Shown piece by piece: positions 19,726 to 28,665 of a stretch of 64,000 bases of DNA; position 1 is the stretch's first letter, and each line of letters begins with the position of its first letter. The DNA is from Patescibacteria group bacterium (GTDB lineage: Bacteria > Patescibacteriota > Minisyncoccia > Phycocordibacterales > Phycocordibacteraceae), in assembly GCA_038064695.1 (NCBI GenBank), contig JBBTSO010000001.1, forward strand, positions 635 to 64,634. Direction: 5' to 3'. Made by a program: the position numbers and the translations under genes. Under the pieces are notes generated by a model. It saw only the letters and a list, made by a program, of their open reading frames with translations, was not told the DNA's origin and did not search any database.

Positions 19726-19811
19726 AGGGACAGTATAGAGTATCTCGTATTGAGTATTCAGTATCAGAAACTGCCCTAGATACTCACTACTGAATACCGT
19801 ATACTTTCTTT

Positions 19812-20144
19812 ATGAATGACTGCGTTTTTTGCAAAATTGCTAATGGAACTATTCCCGCGAATGGTAAAAAAATGCACCAGGGTGACTCACTTATGTCATT
19901 TTTAGACATAAACCCTAGAGCTCCCGGACACACCCTCGTACTTCCCACCGCTCATACACAGTGGTTTTTAGATATGGACGAAGCATCGTACCTCTCTTTA
20001 ATGCGCGAGGTAAAAATAATTGCGGAGTCACTCAAAGAAGAGTATAAAGCCGACTATGTCCAAGTTGGAATTGTCGGAAAAGATGTTCCTCACGTCCACG
20101 TGCATCTCATTCCGCGCAAACTCTCCGAAAAAAATGTTTTTTAA
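19812..20144 (+). CDS. HIT family hydrolase
   Basis: Histidine triad HVHVHLIPR. Confidence 0.85.
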   Translation: MNDCVFCKIANGTIPANGKKMHQGDSLMSFLDINPRAPGHTLVLPTAHTQWFLDMDEASYLSLMREVKIIAESLKEEYKADYVQVGIVGKDVPHVHVHLIPRKLSEKNVF

Positions 20145-20203
20145 AAAAATGCGTAGAAAGGATCGAAATTTGACTTGTGGTTATTTTTTAGTATATTCCT
20201 TAT

Positions 20204-20560
20204 ATGAAATCTACGCGCCAGGAAGCACGCGTTTTACTTACAACAGGAAATCATACTATTGACGGAGCAATTCTTATTGCTATTGCGGGCCTTTTGACCT
20301 CTCCACTTTGGGCATCTTCTTTCAGTGAAGCGGCAATACAGCTGTGGAACGGTGCAAACGACAACGAGGCAGACACCACCGATGACACCCCTGCAACAGC
20401 TCATGAATCACAAAGCGAATGCCCTACGAGCCCATCCGGAGTCCACGAGGAGGGCCCAGAACAAAAGGCATGGGACGGTTTCTTTAACGATGGAACAAAA
20501 ATGATTTACGTGAATTGCAAGTGGTGCGGAGAATTCATAAGAACTACAACTTTTGAGTAG
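20204..20560 (+). CDS. hypothetical membrane-anchored protein with C-terminal CxxC
   Basis: TTGACT(20170-75)-N16-TATATT(20192-97) 6 nt before ATG; TM GAILIAIAGLL; CKWCGEF. Confidence 0.5.
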   Translation: MKSTRQEARVLLTTGNHTIDGAILIAIAGLLTSPLWASSFSEAAIQLWNGANDNEADTTDDTPATAHESQSECPTSPSGVHEEGPEQKAWDGFFNDGTKMIYVNCKWCGEFIRTTTFE

Positions 20561-20563
20561 CAC

Positions 20564-21703
20564 CTATTTTAGTGCCTCAACACCCGCAATAGTTCCATTT
20601 CCAATAAAATCCAACATTGCTCCTCCGGCAGATGAAACGTGGGTGTAGTCTTTCGCGTTTCCTAACCGCTCAATTGCCGCAACGGTGTCGCCTCCCCCTA
20701 CTACCGAAGTGGCGCTACTTTCAGCTACAAATTTTGCAACACTGAACGTACCTTCGTCGTACCCTGCTTCAAAATTACCCATGGGTCCGTTCCAAAGAAT
20801 AAAACGAGCTTCTGCGATTGTCTTTTTAAGAGTCTCCAGCGAGCGCGGACCAATATCATAAATAATGTCATCGGCGAGAACTTCGCTTGCGTCACGGACC
20901 TCTTTTTTACCAAGCGTAGTTTGCACGACGACATCTTCTGGGACTTGTACTTTGCCACTTTTAAGGAGCGCACCTGCGCTTGTTTCTTTTCCCGAGATGA
21001 GCGACTTCCCCACTTCATACCCCTGCGCTTTATAAAACTCATTCGCCAAAGCGCCCCCCACAAAAACCGAATCGTAGAGTGAAAGAAGGGTACGCAACAG
21101 CGGTTCTTTGGTTTCAAGTTTTGCCCCTCCCACAATTGCCAAGGAAGGACTCTCTGGAGTTCGTGCGCGCTCGAGCGCTACGTATTCGCGAGCAAAGTTT
21201 GGCCCCATAAAATGAGGAAGCAATGCTGGCACTCCAACCACTGAGGCGTGCGCGCGGTGGGAGTCCGGGAACGCGTCATTCACGTATACGTCTCCAAACG
21301 AAGCGAGCTTTTTGGCGAACACGGGGTCATTTGTTTCCTCTCCTGCTTCTTGGCGTACGTTTTCTAATAACAACACCTCCCCATTTTTAAGAGTGGCAGC
21401 TTTTTTAGTGGCGTCACTCCCACAAACGTCGGTTGCAAAATAAATAGGAAGATCGCTTTCTTTTTTCATTGCATCCCAGACCGGCAATAAACTTTCCGTT
21501 TTTGCGCGCCCGATGTGCGCGCACACTACTACCCGAGCACCCGTATGCGCCAAGGATTCAATAGTTTCAAGCGACTCGCGTAAACGAAACGTGTTTGAAA
21601 CGGCTCCGCCCTCCAAGGGAACGTTGAGTGACGCGCGTAACAATACTCGCGTGCCAGGCGCTATGTTTTCTACCTGGAGTGAGGGAATGGTTATCGGTTC
21701 CAT
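20564..21703 (-). CDS. pgk: phosphoglycerate kinase
   Basis: RASLNVPLEGG, VVVCAHIGR, VGGGDTV motifs. Confidence 0.93.
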   Translation of the reverse strand: MEPITIPSLQVENIAPGTRVLLRASLNVPLEGGAVSNTFRLRESLETIESLAHTGARVVVCAHIGRAKTESLLPVWDAMKKESDLPIYFATDVCGSDATKKAATLKNGEVLLLENVRQEAGEETNDPVFAKKLASFGDVYVNDAFPDSHRAHASVVGVPALLPHFMGPNFAREYVALERARTPESPSLAIVGGAKLETKEPLLRTLLSLYDSVFVGGALANEFYKAQGYEVGKSLISGKETSAGALLKSGKVQVPEDVVVQTTLGKKEVRDASEVLADDIIYDIGPRSLETLKKTIAEARFILWNGPMGNFEAGYDEGTFSVAKFVAESSATSVVGGGDTVAAIERLGNAKDYTHVSSAGGAMLDFIGNGTIAGVEALK

Positions 21704-22443
21704 GCGCGTACTATGTCAGCAAACATTTTTGGGTCTATACTAGCCCGACCTAACAAAAATCCATTCGCTCCTGAACCCGACACTAATTCTTCCACCACCT
21801 CTTCACTCACTGCTCCGCCGTAAAGAATCCGCACACGCAACGCATCGTCACGGTCAAAACGAAGCGCGAGTGTTTTCCGTATAAAAATAATAGTCTCACG
21901 AATACTGCGCGCGGGAGGTGGAAGTGGAGCGCCGATTGCCCACACCGGCTCATAGGCGAGCACAATTTTTTTAAGCGAAGAAGCCTCAACCAACGAGAGC
22001 GACTCTTGAATACTCGTTTCAAGTTCTTTAAGGTAGTGCCCTTCACGATCACGACTTTGCTCACCAATGCATACGATGGGAGTCATTTTTGCATCAAGCA
22101 CCGCCCCTACTTTTTTTGCGACCTGTAGATCAGTTTCTCCCTGAGCGCGACGTTCAGCGTGTCCCACGATAACAAAACGAGCACCACTGTCTTTCACCAT
22201 TCCTGCAGTAACTTCACCCGTGTGTGCGCCCTGCTCAAAGAAAGCGTCTTGCGCACCGAACGCGATACGTTTTCCTGAATACGAAGTTTTAAGCGGGTAA
22301 AGAAATGGGTGAGGAGGGGCCACCACCACGTCGGCGTCCATAACGCGAGGAAGTTCTTTTTCAACATCCTTAAATAACTTTTTTGCTTCTTTGAGCGACG
22401 AAACATACGCTTTCCAATTTCCAATAATGAGTGGTTTTGACAT
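21691..22443 (-). CDS. tpiA: triosephosphate isomerase
   Basis: IGNWKA, VIVGHAERR, CIGE catalytic motifs; 13-bp overlap with pgk. Confidence 0.93.
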   Translation of the reverse strand: MSKPLIIGNWKAYVSSLKEAKKLFKDVEKELPRVMDADVVVAPPHPFLYPLKTSYSGKRIAFGAQDAFFEQGAHTGEVTAGMVKDSGARFVIVGHAERRAQGETDLQVAKKVGAVLDAKMTPIVCIGEQSRDREGHYLKELETSIQESLSLVEASSLKKIVLAYEPVWAIGAPLPPPARSIRETIIFIRKTLALRFDRDDALRVRILYGGAVSEEVVEELVSGSGANGFLLGRASIDPKMFADIVRAWNR

Positions 22444-22526
22444 ATAAAGTGAAGAATAATCAGTGCCGAGAAATGGTCAAAAATAGTATTGGGGTACTAC
22501 TCTATCCTACCAAACGAAACAGATAA

Positions 22527-22754
22527 TCATGAGTAGTATTGTTTTGTCATACGCCCAAAACCAAGTGTCGCTCCACCTAGAGCCCCACCAATACTCCACT
22601 CTTTTAAAGAAGAAAGGGGATGAAATTCATCCCCTAGTTGGTAGTCAGTTAAAACTCCTAGCGCCCCTGCCACGGCTCCACAAAAAATTGCGTAAGAAAT
22701 GGTATGAAATAAAAACGGATACGTGGTCTGTTGGAACGTATAGTCCACCGCCAT
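22527..22754 (-). CDS. hypothetical small Gly-zipper membrane protein
   Basis: FCGAVAGALGVL and GGALGGATLGFG; weak. Confidence 0.25.
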   Translation of the reverse strand: MAVDYTFQQTTYPFLFHTISYAIFCGAVAGALGVLTDYQLGDEFHPLSSLKEWSIGGALGGATLGFGRMTKQYYS

Positions 22755-22799
22755 ACCTCCACGCTACGCCTAAAAGCAGCCTATGACAACGGTGGATAA

Positions 22800-24305
22800 C
22801 TACCTAACTTCTTTCCACGAGTGGAGAAAATAGTCATCCGACGTCCACGGGGTGAATGGAGGAGGGCTCACCGAAAGATCTTGATCAAAGGTGTCGTTCC
22901 GTTGGCTAAATCCTGACACAAACACACCGTTTGAGGTCCACTTCGTTCCCACGCGTCCTTTAGAAACGATAGTTCCTGTCGTGTTTAAGGTTGAGCGAGT
23001 TACATAAGGATCTAAAGTCCCAGGAAGTCCTTGATTCCCCTGCTGTGTTGAACAGTCGCTTTGGCAATAGTGATTTCTTCCAAATTTTCCTTTTTGGGCA
23101 ATAAAAATACCTGAAATATTCATCGTGCTCGGAACCTCAAGTCCCACGAGAATATCTTTTTCACCAATGACGGTGAGCCCATCGTTTCCTGTTCCCGCGT
23201 AGGTGAGGTCGTTATTTATAATGACTGAACGGTCAACGCTCCCCGTAGAAACATCAGCAGCAGCCACCAGCACTTTCCCTGCTACTACCCCTTCAATCCA
23301 AATATTGTCTTCAGCAAAAATAACGGGGCATTCGGGCAACACCACATAGTCAGCGGGGCTCGAAGTATTTGACATCACGGTGCGTTCCTGTTGCCAGCCA
23401 TTTTCAGTGGTGTACCCCCACACCTGTACAGCCCCGACTACTTCTCTGATTTCCGCGACCCCGTCTGCTCTAAAAACTATGCGATATCCGTACTTCCCCG
23501 TCGGTGGCAAATAAATTCCCGATGAGGTCGCATACGACTTGAGTTCAGTTAAATTCACGGTGAGTCCATTGAAATCAACGGGCGGTACCGGAAAGTCCCA
23601 CAGTTGCGCGCCTGGGACTCCGGCGCCAAACACGCCGTCCCTAGTTGAGTCTGGAGTACACCCGAAACTCGCGGTACACAGCCAATCCAAAACACCAGAG
23701 GTGATGAGAGAGTTGTGAGTCCCGTCCATGCGAATCCCACCGTTCGAGTGATACGGTCCGTTAATGATTCTATCGGAACCAACCCATACGTTCGCGTCAA
23801 CAATGTGCGAATAGTTTGCAACACTCGGACGCACGTAGGAAGACTGGACCACGCGCTTGTACGTCGGGTCGGACGCAGTCCATCCCGTTGAGGTAATGGT
23901 AATGTCTGACACCGCGTTACAGTACACATTTGCGTCAACGTCTAATGAAAAACTGCCGAGCACTTCTCCTTCCGGGTCGTCAACCGTGTGAACGTAGGGC
24001 CCGGGAACACCCGTGCCGTTGGTACTGTCTCCCGGGTTGTGCGCTAAAAACCATTTATAGTATTCAAGTCCCGCTTCAGCAAGGTGGAGCGCTTTTTCTT
24101 GGTTTTCTTTTGCGAGTTGAACGCGCTTTTGTACAAAAATGTATCCGGTGAGCGCTGAAAGTAGTGTCAAAAATACTGCTGAAAAAACGAGCGTCAGTAT
24201 AACGAAGTAGCCCCGGGAGTAGTGACGAGTGGTCAGTGATGAGTGATAATCTCTTAACTCATTACTGGTTCCTGGTTCCTGGTTACTGTTTTTTGATTTT
24301 TTCAT
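22800..24305 (-). CDS. pilus-associated protein with pilin-like N-terminal hydrophobic segment (possible minor pilin)
   Basis: RG-YFVILTLVFSAVFLTLLS after a 30-aa leader; 4-bp overlap with upstream pilin gene. Confidence 0.5.
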   Translation of the reverse strand: MKKSKNSNQEPGTSNELRDYHSSLTTRHYSRGYFVILTLVFSAVFLTLLSALTGYIFVQKRVQLAKENQEKALHLAEAGLEYYKWFLAHNPGDSTNGTGVPGPYVHTVDDPEGEVLGSFSLDVDANVYCNAVSDITITSTGWTASDPTYKRVVQSSYVRPSVANYSHIVDANVWVGSDRIINGPYHSNGGIRMDGTHNSLITSGVLDWLCTASFGCTPDSTRDGVFGAGVPGAQLWDFPVPPVDFNGLTVNLTELKSYATSSGIYLPPTGKYGYRIVFRADGVAEIREVVGAVQVWGYTTENGWQQERTVMSNTSSPADYVVLPECPVIFAEDNIWIEGVVAGKVLVAAADVSTGSVDRSVIINNDLTYAGTGNDGLTVIGEKDILVGLEVPSTMNISGIFIAQKGKFGRNHYCQSDCSTQQGNQGLPGTLDPYVTRSTLNTTGTIVSKGRVGTKWTSNGVFVSGFSQRNDTFDQDLSVSPPPFTPWTSDDYFLHSWKEVR

Positions 24306-24886
24306 CGTAAATTTCTAAGAGTCGCACTTGAACGAAGTGTAAATTCTGCTGGCGCTCGTATAGGGAGTACGTTCACCACCAAACTAATCCCCACAAACCG
24401 CACACTACTCACCGCTGCATAGTCGGTAATTTCAATTCCTTCTTCATCATAGTAACGGAAAATCGGCACCTCCTCTTCAAGGTTGCGCACGTACTCTGAG
24501 ACAATCGTGGTCGTCCCCACTCCCGCGTAAGAAACAGGAACCCCTGAAGAATCTAAAACGGTGCGCGTAAAGGTGGTGGTCGCAAGTGTGTAGGTAATTC
24601 TTTCTACCCCCAAATCAAGATCGGTGTCACTGAAAAAAGTAATAGAGGTTGAAGCGATGGAGGAGAGCGGGTATGAGCCGTCGTCAGCAGTAGTCGCTTC
24701 ACGCACATCGCGCACTAAAAATTCAACACCGCGACGCGCTTCGTTAATTTGGTACGACTGTTCAAGCGATGAGGTGTTCGCGCGATAAAAAAAGAGAACT
24801 GAGCTAACAACAACCACCATAACCACGGAAAAAATCGCCGTGCTCACGACAGTTTCAAGAAGAGTCAGTCCTCGTGAAAGTTTCAT
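24302..24886 (-). CDS. type IV pilin / pseudopilin
   Basis: Class III signal MKLSRG-LTLLETVVSTAIFSVV (G-1, E+5). Confidence 0.8.
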   Translation of the reverse strand: MKLSRGLTLLETVVSTAIFSVVMVVVVSSVLFFYRANTSSLEQSYQINEARRGVEFLVRDVREATTADDGSYPLSSIASTSITFFSDTDLDLGVERITYTLATTTFTRTVLDSSGVPVSYAGVGTTTIVSEYVRNLEEEVPIFRYYDEEGIEITDYAAVSSVRFVGISLVVNVLPIRAPAEFTLRSSATLRNLR

Positions 24887-24890
24887 ACAA

Positions 24891-26645
24891 TTAGTTTGAG
24901 ATGAGTGGAACGACTACCACCGTGTCCCCCGCAACGACGATGTCTTCAAGGTGATCTTGGAACCCGTTTGCGGTGACCGACACGCTGTAGGTTGCTCCCG
25001 TGAGCCCACCAAAATATACCTGCCCGCACGCCGAAGTAGTTTCTGCCCCTTGGAGCGCTCCTGATTGAATGGAGACGGAAGCGCCCGTAACCGGCAAACT
25101 ATCTGACTCCACCACTACTCTGAGTGAGTGCGCGGTGTTAGGGAGGAGGGTTGCCACCACACTGGTGAGAGTCGCGGGGAGTATTGTTACAGTGCGTGGG
25201 CACAATTCAACAACGTCATACAAACCTCCTTCGGGGAAAAGTGAATAGACATCCCACTCCATATCTTCACCTAACCACTCTCCTTCTGCGCTCGTAGTAA
25301 ACGCATCGTCAAACTTATAAATCGGAGCGCCCCCGGCAGTCGTTCCAATGGTCTTAGTTCCAAAAATGGTGAAGTCAATGTTTGGAAGGGGGGTGGGGCC
25401 GGCACGGTATGATGTTTCCCACTCATCCACCTGGGGAGTTGCTACGCCGTCAGAAGAAAATGTTGCCTCTAACTGTAGGGTCGCGTACGTGAGCGGATTA
25501 AGTAGCGATATATCCGTTACTCCATTAGGGAGTCCGGTTGAATTATTTGGTAGGTCACTGTCAGGGACGAGCACGTACGCTCCACCAGTGAGATAGTAAA
25601 GGTGTGTCGTAACGCTCGTATCGGTGGGTGATGTTGAATCTATGACTACTTCATCCCATGAAACGAGGTTGTCAGGAGCAATGGGAAGTGAGCGCGCGCT
25701 CCCTGACAAAGCGTATACCCCAAGAACATCTTCAAGCACCAGAGCGCCTCCTATCGCGTGCACGCTTGATGTCGCGCTGAGCGAGTTTTCGGAAAGAAAC
25801 GAATCATTGAAACTTCCTTCACCCGGTGGCTCTTCCGTCGTTACATGGAGTGAACCTAACTGATCAATGGCAAAACTTACCGTAGTGGTGTCGCCCTCGG
25901 CAACCGACACCGGAGAAGGTGATGGGTTAGGATTTTCAGTTGAAGCAGCATACGTTTGTGCCGTTGAGTATCCCTCTTTTGACACGTACACTTCATACCC
26001 CGTAGCTTCAGGGGCGCCCGGAAATGACACCACACCGTTTTGATTGCTAAATGCAGTGACATCTATTGAGGGGCTCACCTCTCCATTCACCACACGAACC
26101 GATGCTTGAGAAACGGGTACCGCGAGCGCATCGAACACATTGACACGGAGTGTGCCCCCTCCCGCGAGAGTCTCAAGACCGACGGGAGCAATGCGCGTAA
26201 CTGCAAACGTTGAACGAGAACTTTCTTTAATCATCCACAGCACTTCTACCTTTACCGTTTTGTAGTCGGCGGTGATCCCATTTTCGTCAAGATCATCCAG
26301 TCCATCTTCCGGCGCATCGGTGTACTGAACTAACGTACGGACCGTGTACGGAACTCCGTTCACCGTTGACTGCACGAGCGGTTCAATGTTCCCGGGCGGA
26401 ATGCCCCCAACCGTTCCCACATCATCGTAGGCGAATGAGCGAATATACTCTAACCTCTCCCCCAACAGTGCCACCGCACTAATTTTTGCTTTTGTTGAAT
26501 ACACCAACTCTACCGAAAGTTTAAACGCGCCGAAAAGTCCAAAAAAAACGATCGTGATAATTGAAATCCCCACGATGGTATCAATGAGAGAGAGTCCACG
26601 GAGGGAGTGCTGTACCTCTTTGTCATTTGGTTGTTGATTGCTCAT
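24891..26645 (-). CDS. large (584 aa) pilin-like protein with prepilin-type N-terminus
   Basis: RG-LSLIDTIVGISIITIVF; long Thr/Ser/Val-rich beta-rich body. Confidence 0.65.
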   Translation of the reverse strand: MSNQQPNDKEVQHSLRGLSLIDTIVGISIITIVFFGLFGAFKLSVELVYSTKAKISAVALLGERLEYIRSFAYDDVGTVGGIPPGNIEPLVQSTVNGVPYTVRTLVQYTDAPEDGLDDLDENGITADYKTVKVEVLWMIKESSRSTFAVTRIAPVGLETLAGGGTLRVNVFDALAVPVSQASVRVVNGEVSPSIDVTAFSNQNGVVSFPGAPEATGYEVYVSKEGYSTAQTYAASTENPNPSPSPVSVAEGDTTTVSFAIDQLGSLHVTTEEPPGEGSFNDSFLSENSLSATSSVHAIGGALVLEDVLGVYALSGSARSLPIAPDNLVSWDEVVIDSTSPTDTSVTTHLYYLTGGAYVLVPDSDLPNNSTGLPNGVTDISLLNPLTYATLQLEATFSSDGVATPQVDEWETSYRAGPTPLPNIDFTIFGTKTIGTTAGGAPIYKFDDAFTTSAEGEWLGEDMEWDVYSLFPEGGLYDVVELCPRTVTILPATLTSVVATLLPNTAHSLRVVVESDSLPVTGASVSIQSGALQGAETTSACGQVYFGGLTGATYSVSVTANGFQDHLEDIVVAGDTVVVVPLISN

Positions 26646-26662
26646 TGCTGATTGCTCTAGAG

Positions 26663-27901
26663 TTAAATTGCACTTGAAAGCGAGTAAATAGGGGCGATCA
26701 TTGAAATCGCAAAAAAACCTACAGCGGCTCCGATAATGAGCATTAAAAACGGTTCAATGATGGTTGAGAGGTCTTTTGTTTGCTGTTCTACTGACTCTTC
26801 GTAAAAATCAGCGGTTTCTTTGAGGAGGTGCGAGAGTCTCCCCGTTTCTTCTCCAACGGCAATCATTTCTGCTACCAGCGGTGGGTAGAGTTTCGGATAC
26901 TTTGCAAACGTTTCCGCCAGACTTCCTCCTTTGACTACTGACGCTTCTGCCTCAGTGAGTATTTTTTGGTAGAAAATATTTTGCAAAACCTCTTTCGTGA
27001 TAGAAATGGCGAGTACCATATCCACTCCCGCTGAGAGGAGCGATGAGAGCGTGCGCCCCGTGCGCGCTGAGTTTGTTTCCATTACCAGCGCCTGAATAAC
27101 GGGGATTTTTAGCATGAGCCAATCAACTCCTTGTTTCCCCCGAGGAGTGCGCAAGAGGAGCATGAACGCGCCGATCACCACAAACACAGAAAAAATGGAC
27201 ACGATGGGGTTTGCCGAAAGGAAGTTACTGACCGCAATGATGGCTTGCGTGGTGGGAGGTAGTTCAGTCCCCAACTCCTCAAAGGTTTGCGTCAGCGTGG
27301 GAACAACATATATCAACATTAAGATACCAATGACAATCATCGCAAAGAGCACGATAGAGGGGTACATCAACGCTCCGCGAATTTTTTTCTTTAAATTATT
27401 TGCTTTCTCCATTTGGGTAGAGACCACCCGCAAACTTTCAGAAAGTTTCCCTGACTCTTCACCACTTCGCACCATAGAAATTAAGAGTGGCGAAAAAATA
27501 GTATCAAATTTGCTGAGCGCCCCCGAGAGGGTGGTTCCGCTTTGCACGTCTCCCATAATGCTTGAGAGGACACTTTTAAGGCGAGGATTTTTTGACTGCT
27601 TTTCCATAACCCCCAAGGCACGGCTGGTGGTCAACCCTGCTTCCAACATGGCAGCAAGGTTTCTGGTGAGCACCACTTTTTCGTCACCACTCACGCTCTG
27701 AAAAGAAACACTGAGCCCCTTAAAAGAAAAAGATCCTTTTTTTGCTGCCTCTTTTACATTCACCAACGTGTCGCCACGTTCACGAATTTCTCGGTACACC
27801 GCAAAACGGTCAGTCGCTTCAATGACTTCGGTGTACGATTCTTTTTCTTTGTTGAGTGCGGTAACACTAAAAGTAGCCACAGTACTCTCATTGTAGAGCA
27901 C
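26663..27901 (-). CDS. pilC: type IV pilus assembly platform protein PilC / T2SS-F family
   Basis: Two GspF-like repeats, 3 TM blocks, 412 aa. Confidence 0.8.
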   Translation of the reverse strand: MLYNESTVATFSVTALNKEKESYTEVIEATDRFAVYREIRERGDTLVNVKEAAKKGSFSFKGLSVSFQSVSGDEKVVLTRNLAAMLEAGLTTSRALGVMEKQSKNPRLKSVLSSIMGDVQSGTTLSGALSKFDTIFSPLLISMVRSGEESGKLSESLRVVSTQMEKANNLKKKIRGALMYPSIVLFAMIVIGILMLIYVVPTLTQTFEELGTELPPTTQAIIAVSNFLSANPIVSIFSVFVVIGAFMLLLRTPRGKQGVDWLMLKIPVIQALVMETNSARTGRTLSSLLSAGVDMVLAISITKEVLQNIFYQKILTEAEASVVKGGSLAETFAKYPKLYPPLVAEMIAVGEETGRLSHLLKETADFYEESVEQQTKDLSTIIEPFLMLIIGAAVGFFAISMIAPIYSLSSAI

Positions 27902-27934
27902 CTTTTTGCGTTAGTGACACGCTGTCCACGTAAA

Positions 27935-28243
27935 CTAAACAATTTGTGGAGTAGTGGTATATGAAAAAGGACAAAAGAGACAGTGGTGATATATTTCCCA
28001 ACACGAGTCCGCAAAATTGTAGCGAGGAAGGCCCAACATCCAATGCCCCATGGAGTTTTGGCAATCGCCGCCCTCTTTCTCTGAAGGAGATTCGGAAAAT
28101 TCATCGCTGCCTCCCAAAGTGTATGGTTCAGATAAATCATTTTGGTTAAACATGCTCCAGGCGGCAACTGCCGCACCAAGAGCAACCATCCCCGCAATAA
28201 GAACGTTTCTTTGGTCGTAGTGAGATTCGCTTGAGTGCGCCAT
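27935..28243 (-). CDS. small membrane protein, paralog of 28295..28609
   Basis: MAHSSESHYDQRNVLIAGMVALGAAVAAW... then acidic region. Confidence 0.4.
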   Translation of the reverse strand: MAHSSESHYDQRNVLIAGMVALGAAVAAWSMFNQNDLSEPYTLGGSDEFSESPSEKEGGDCQNSMGHWMLGLPRYNFADSCWEIYHHCLFCPFSYTTTPQIV

Positions 28244-28294
28244 GGAAGAAAGTTAGTCTACATTTAAAGTAAGGTCAAATTTTTTAGTAAGAAA

Positions 28295-28609
28295 CTATCC
28301 CGGTAAAGAAAAGCCACACTCGTCAAAAAACTTGCACCGATAATTTTTTGAAATGAGCTGTCCGGACTCAAAATACAAAATATGTGGGGCAAGAATGTGG
28401 TACCCCGTTGGGCTAAAGCCACAGCGTCCCCACACCTCCTGGTCAGACTCTGACCATCCTGCTTCATCGGTTGTATGAAGATCCTGCGCAATTATTAATG
28501 CCGCCACAGTAGCACCGAGCGCGAGGAGTGCTGGAGCTGCCCACTTTGGAAATGAAAAGTGTGGAACCGCAATGCCTTGCGCTGCGTTAGCTTCATGAGA
28601 AAGACTCAT
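28295..28609 (-). CDS. small membrane protein, paralog of 27935..28243
   Basis: MSLSHEANAAQGIAV...ALLALGATVAALIIA... then acidic region; start at internal Met. Confidence 0.4.
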   Translation of the reverse strand: MSLSHEANAAQGIAVPHFSFPKWAAPALLALGATVAALIIAQDLHTTDEAGWSESDQEVWGRCGFSPTGYHILAPHILYFESGQLISKNYRCKFFDECGFSLPG

Positions 28610-28665
28610 GCCACTAAAGTACACTTTATTTTTATGAAGTCAAATTTTCCTTTTCTCTGTAAAAA

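Noticed and set aside
22529-22786. Plus-strand ORF 22529..22786
   Set aside because: It is antisense to the more protein-like Gly-zipper ORF and has no promoter or SD signal.
27760-28197. ORF 27760..28197 (145 aa)
   Set aside because: It spans the pilC start and the paralogous small gene in another frame, with no coherent domain.
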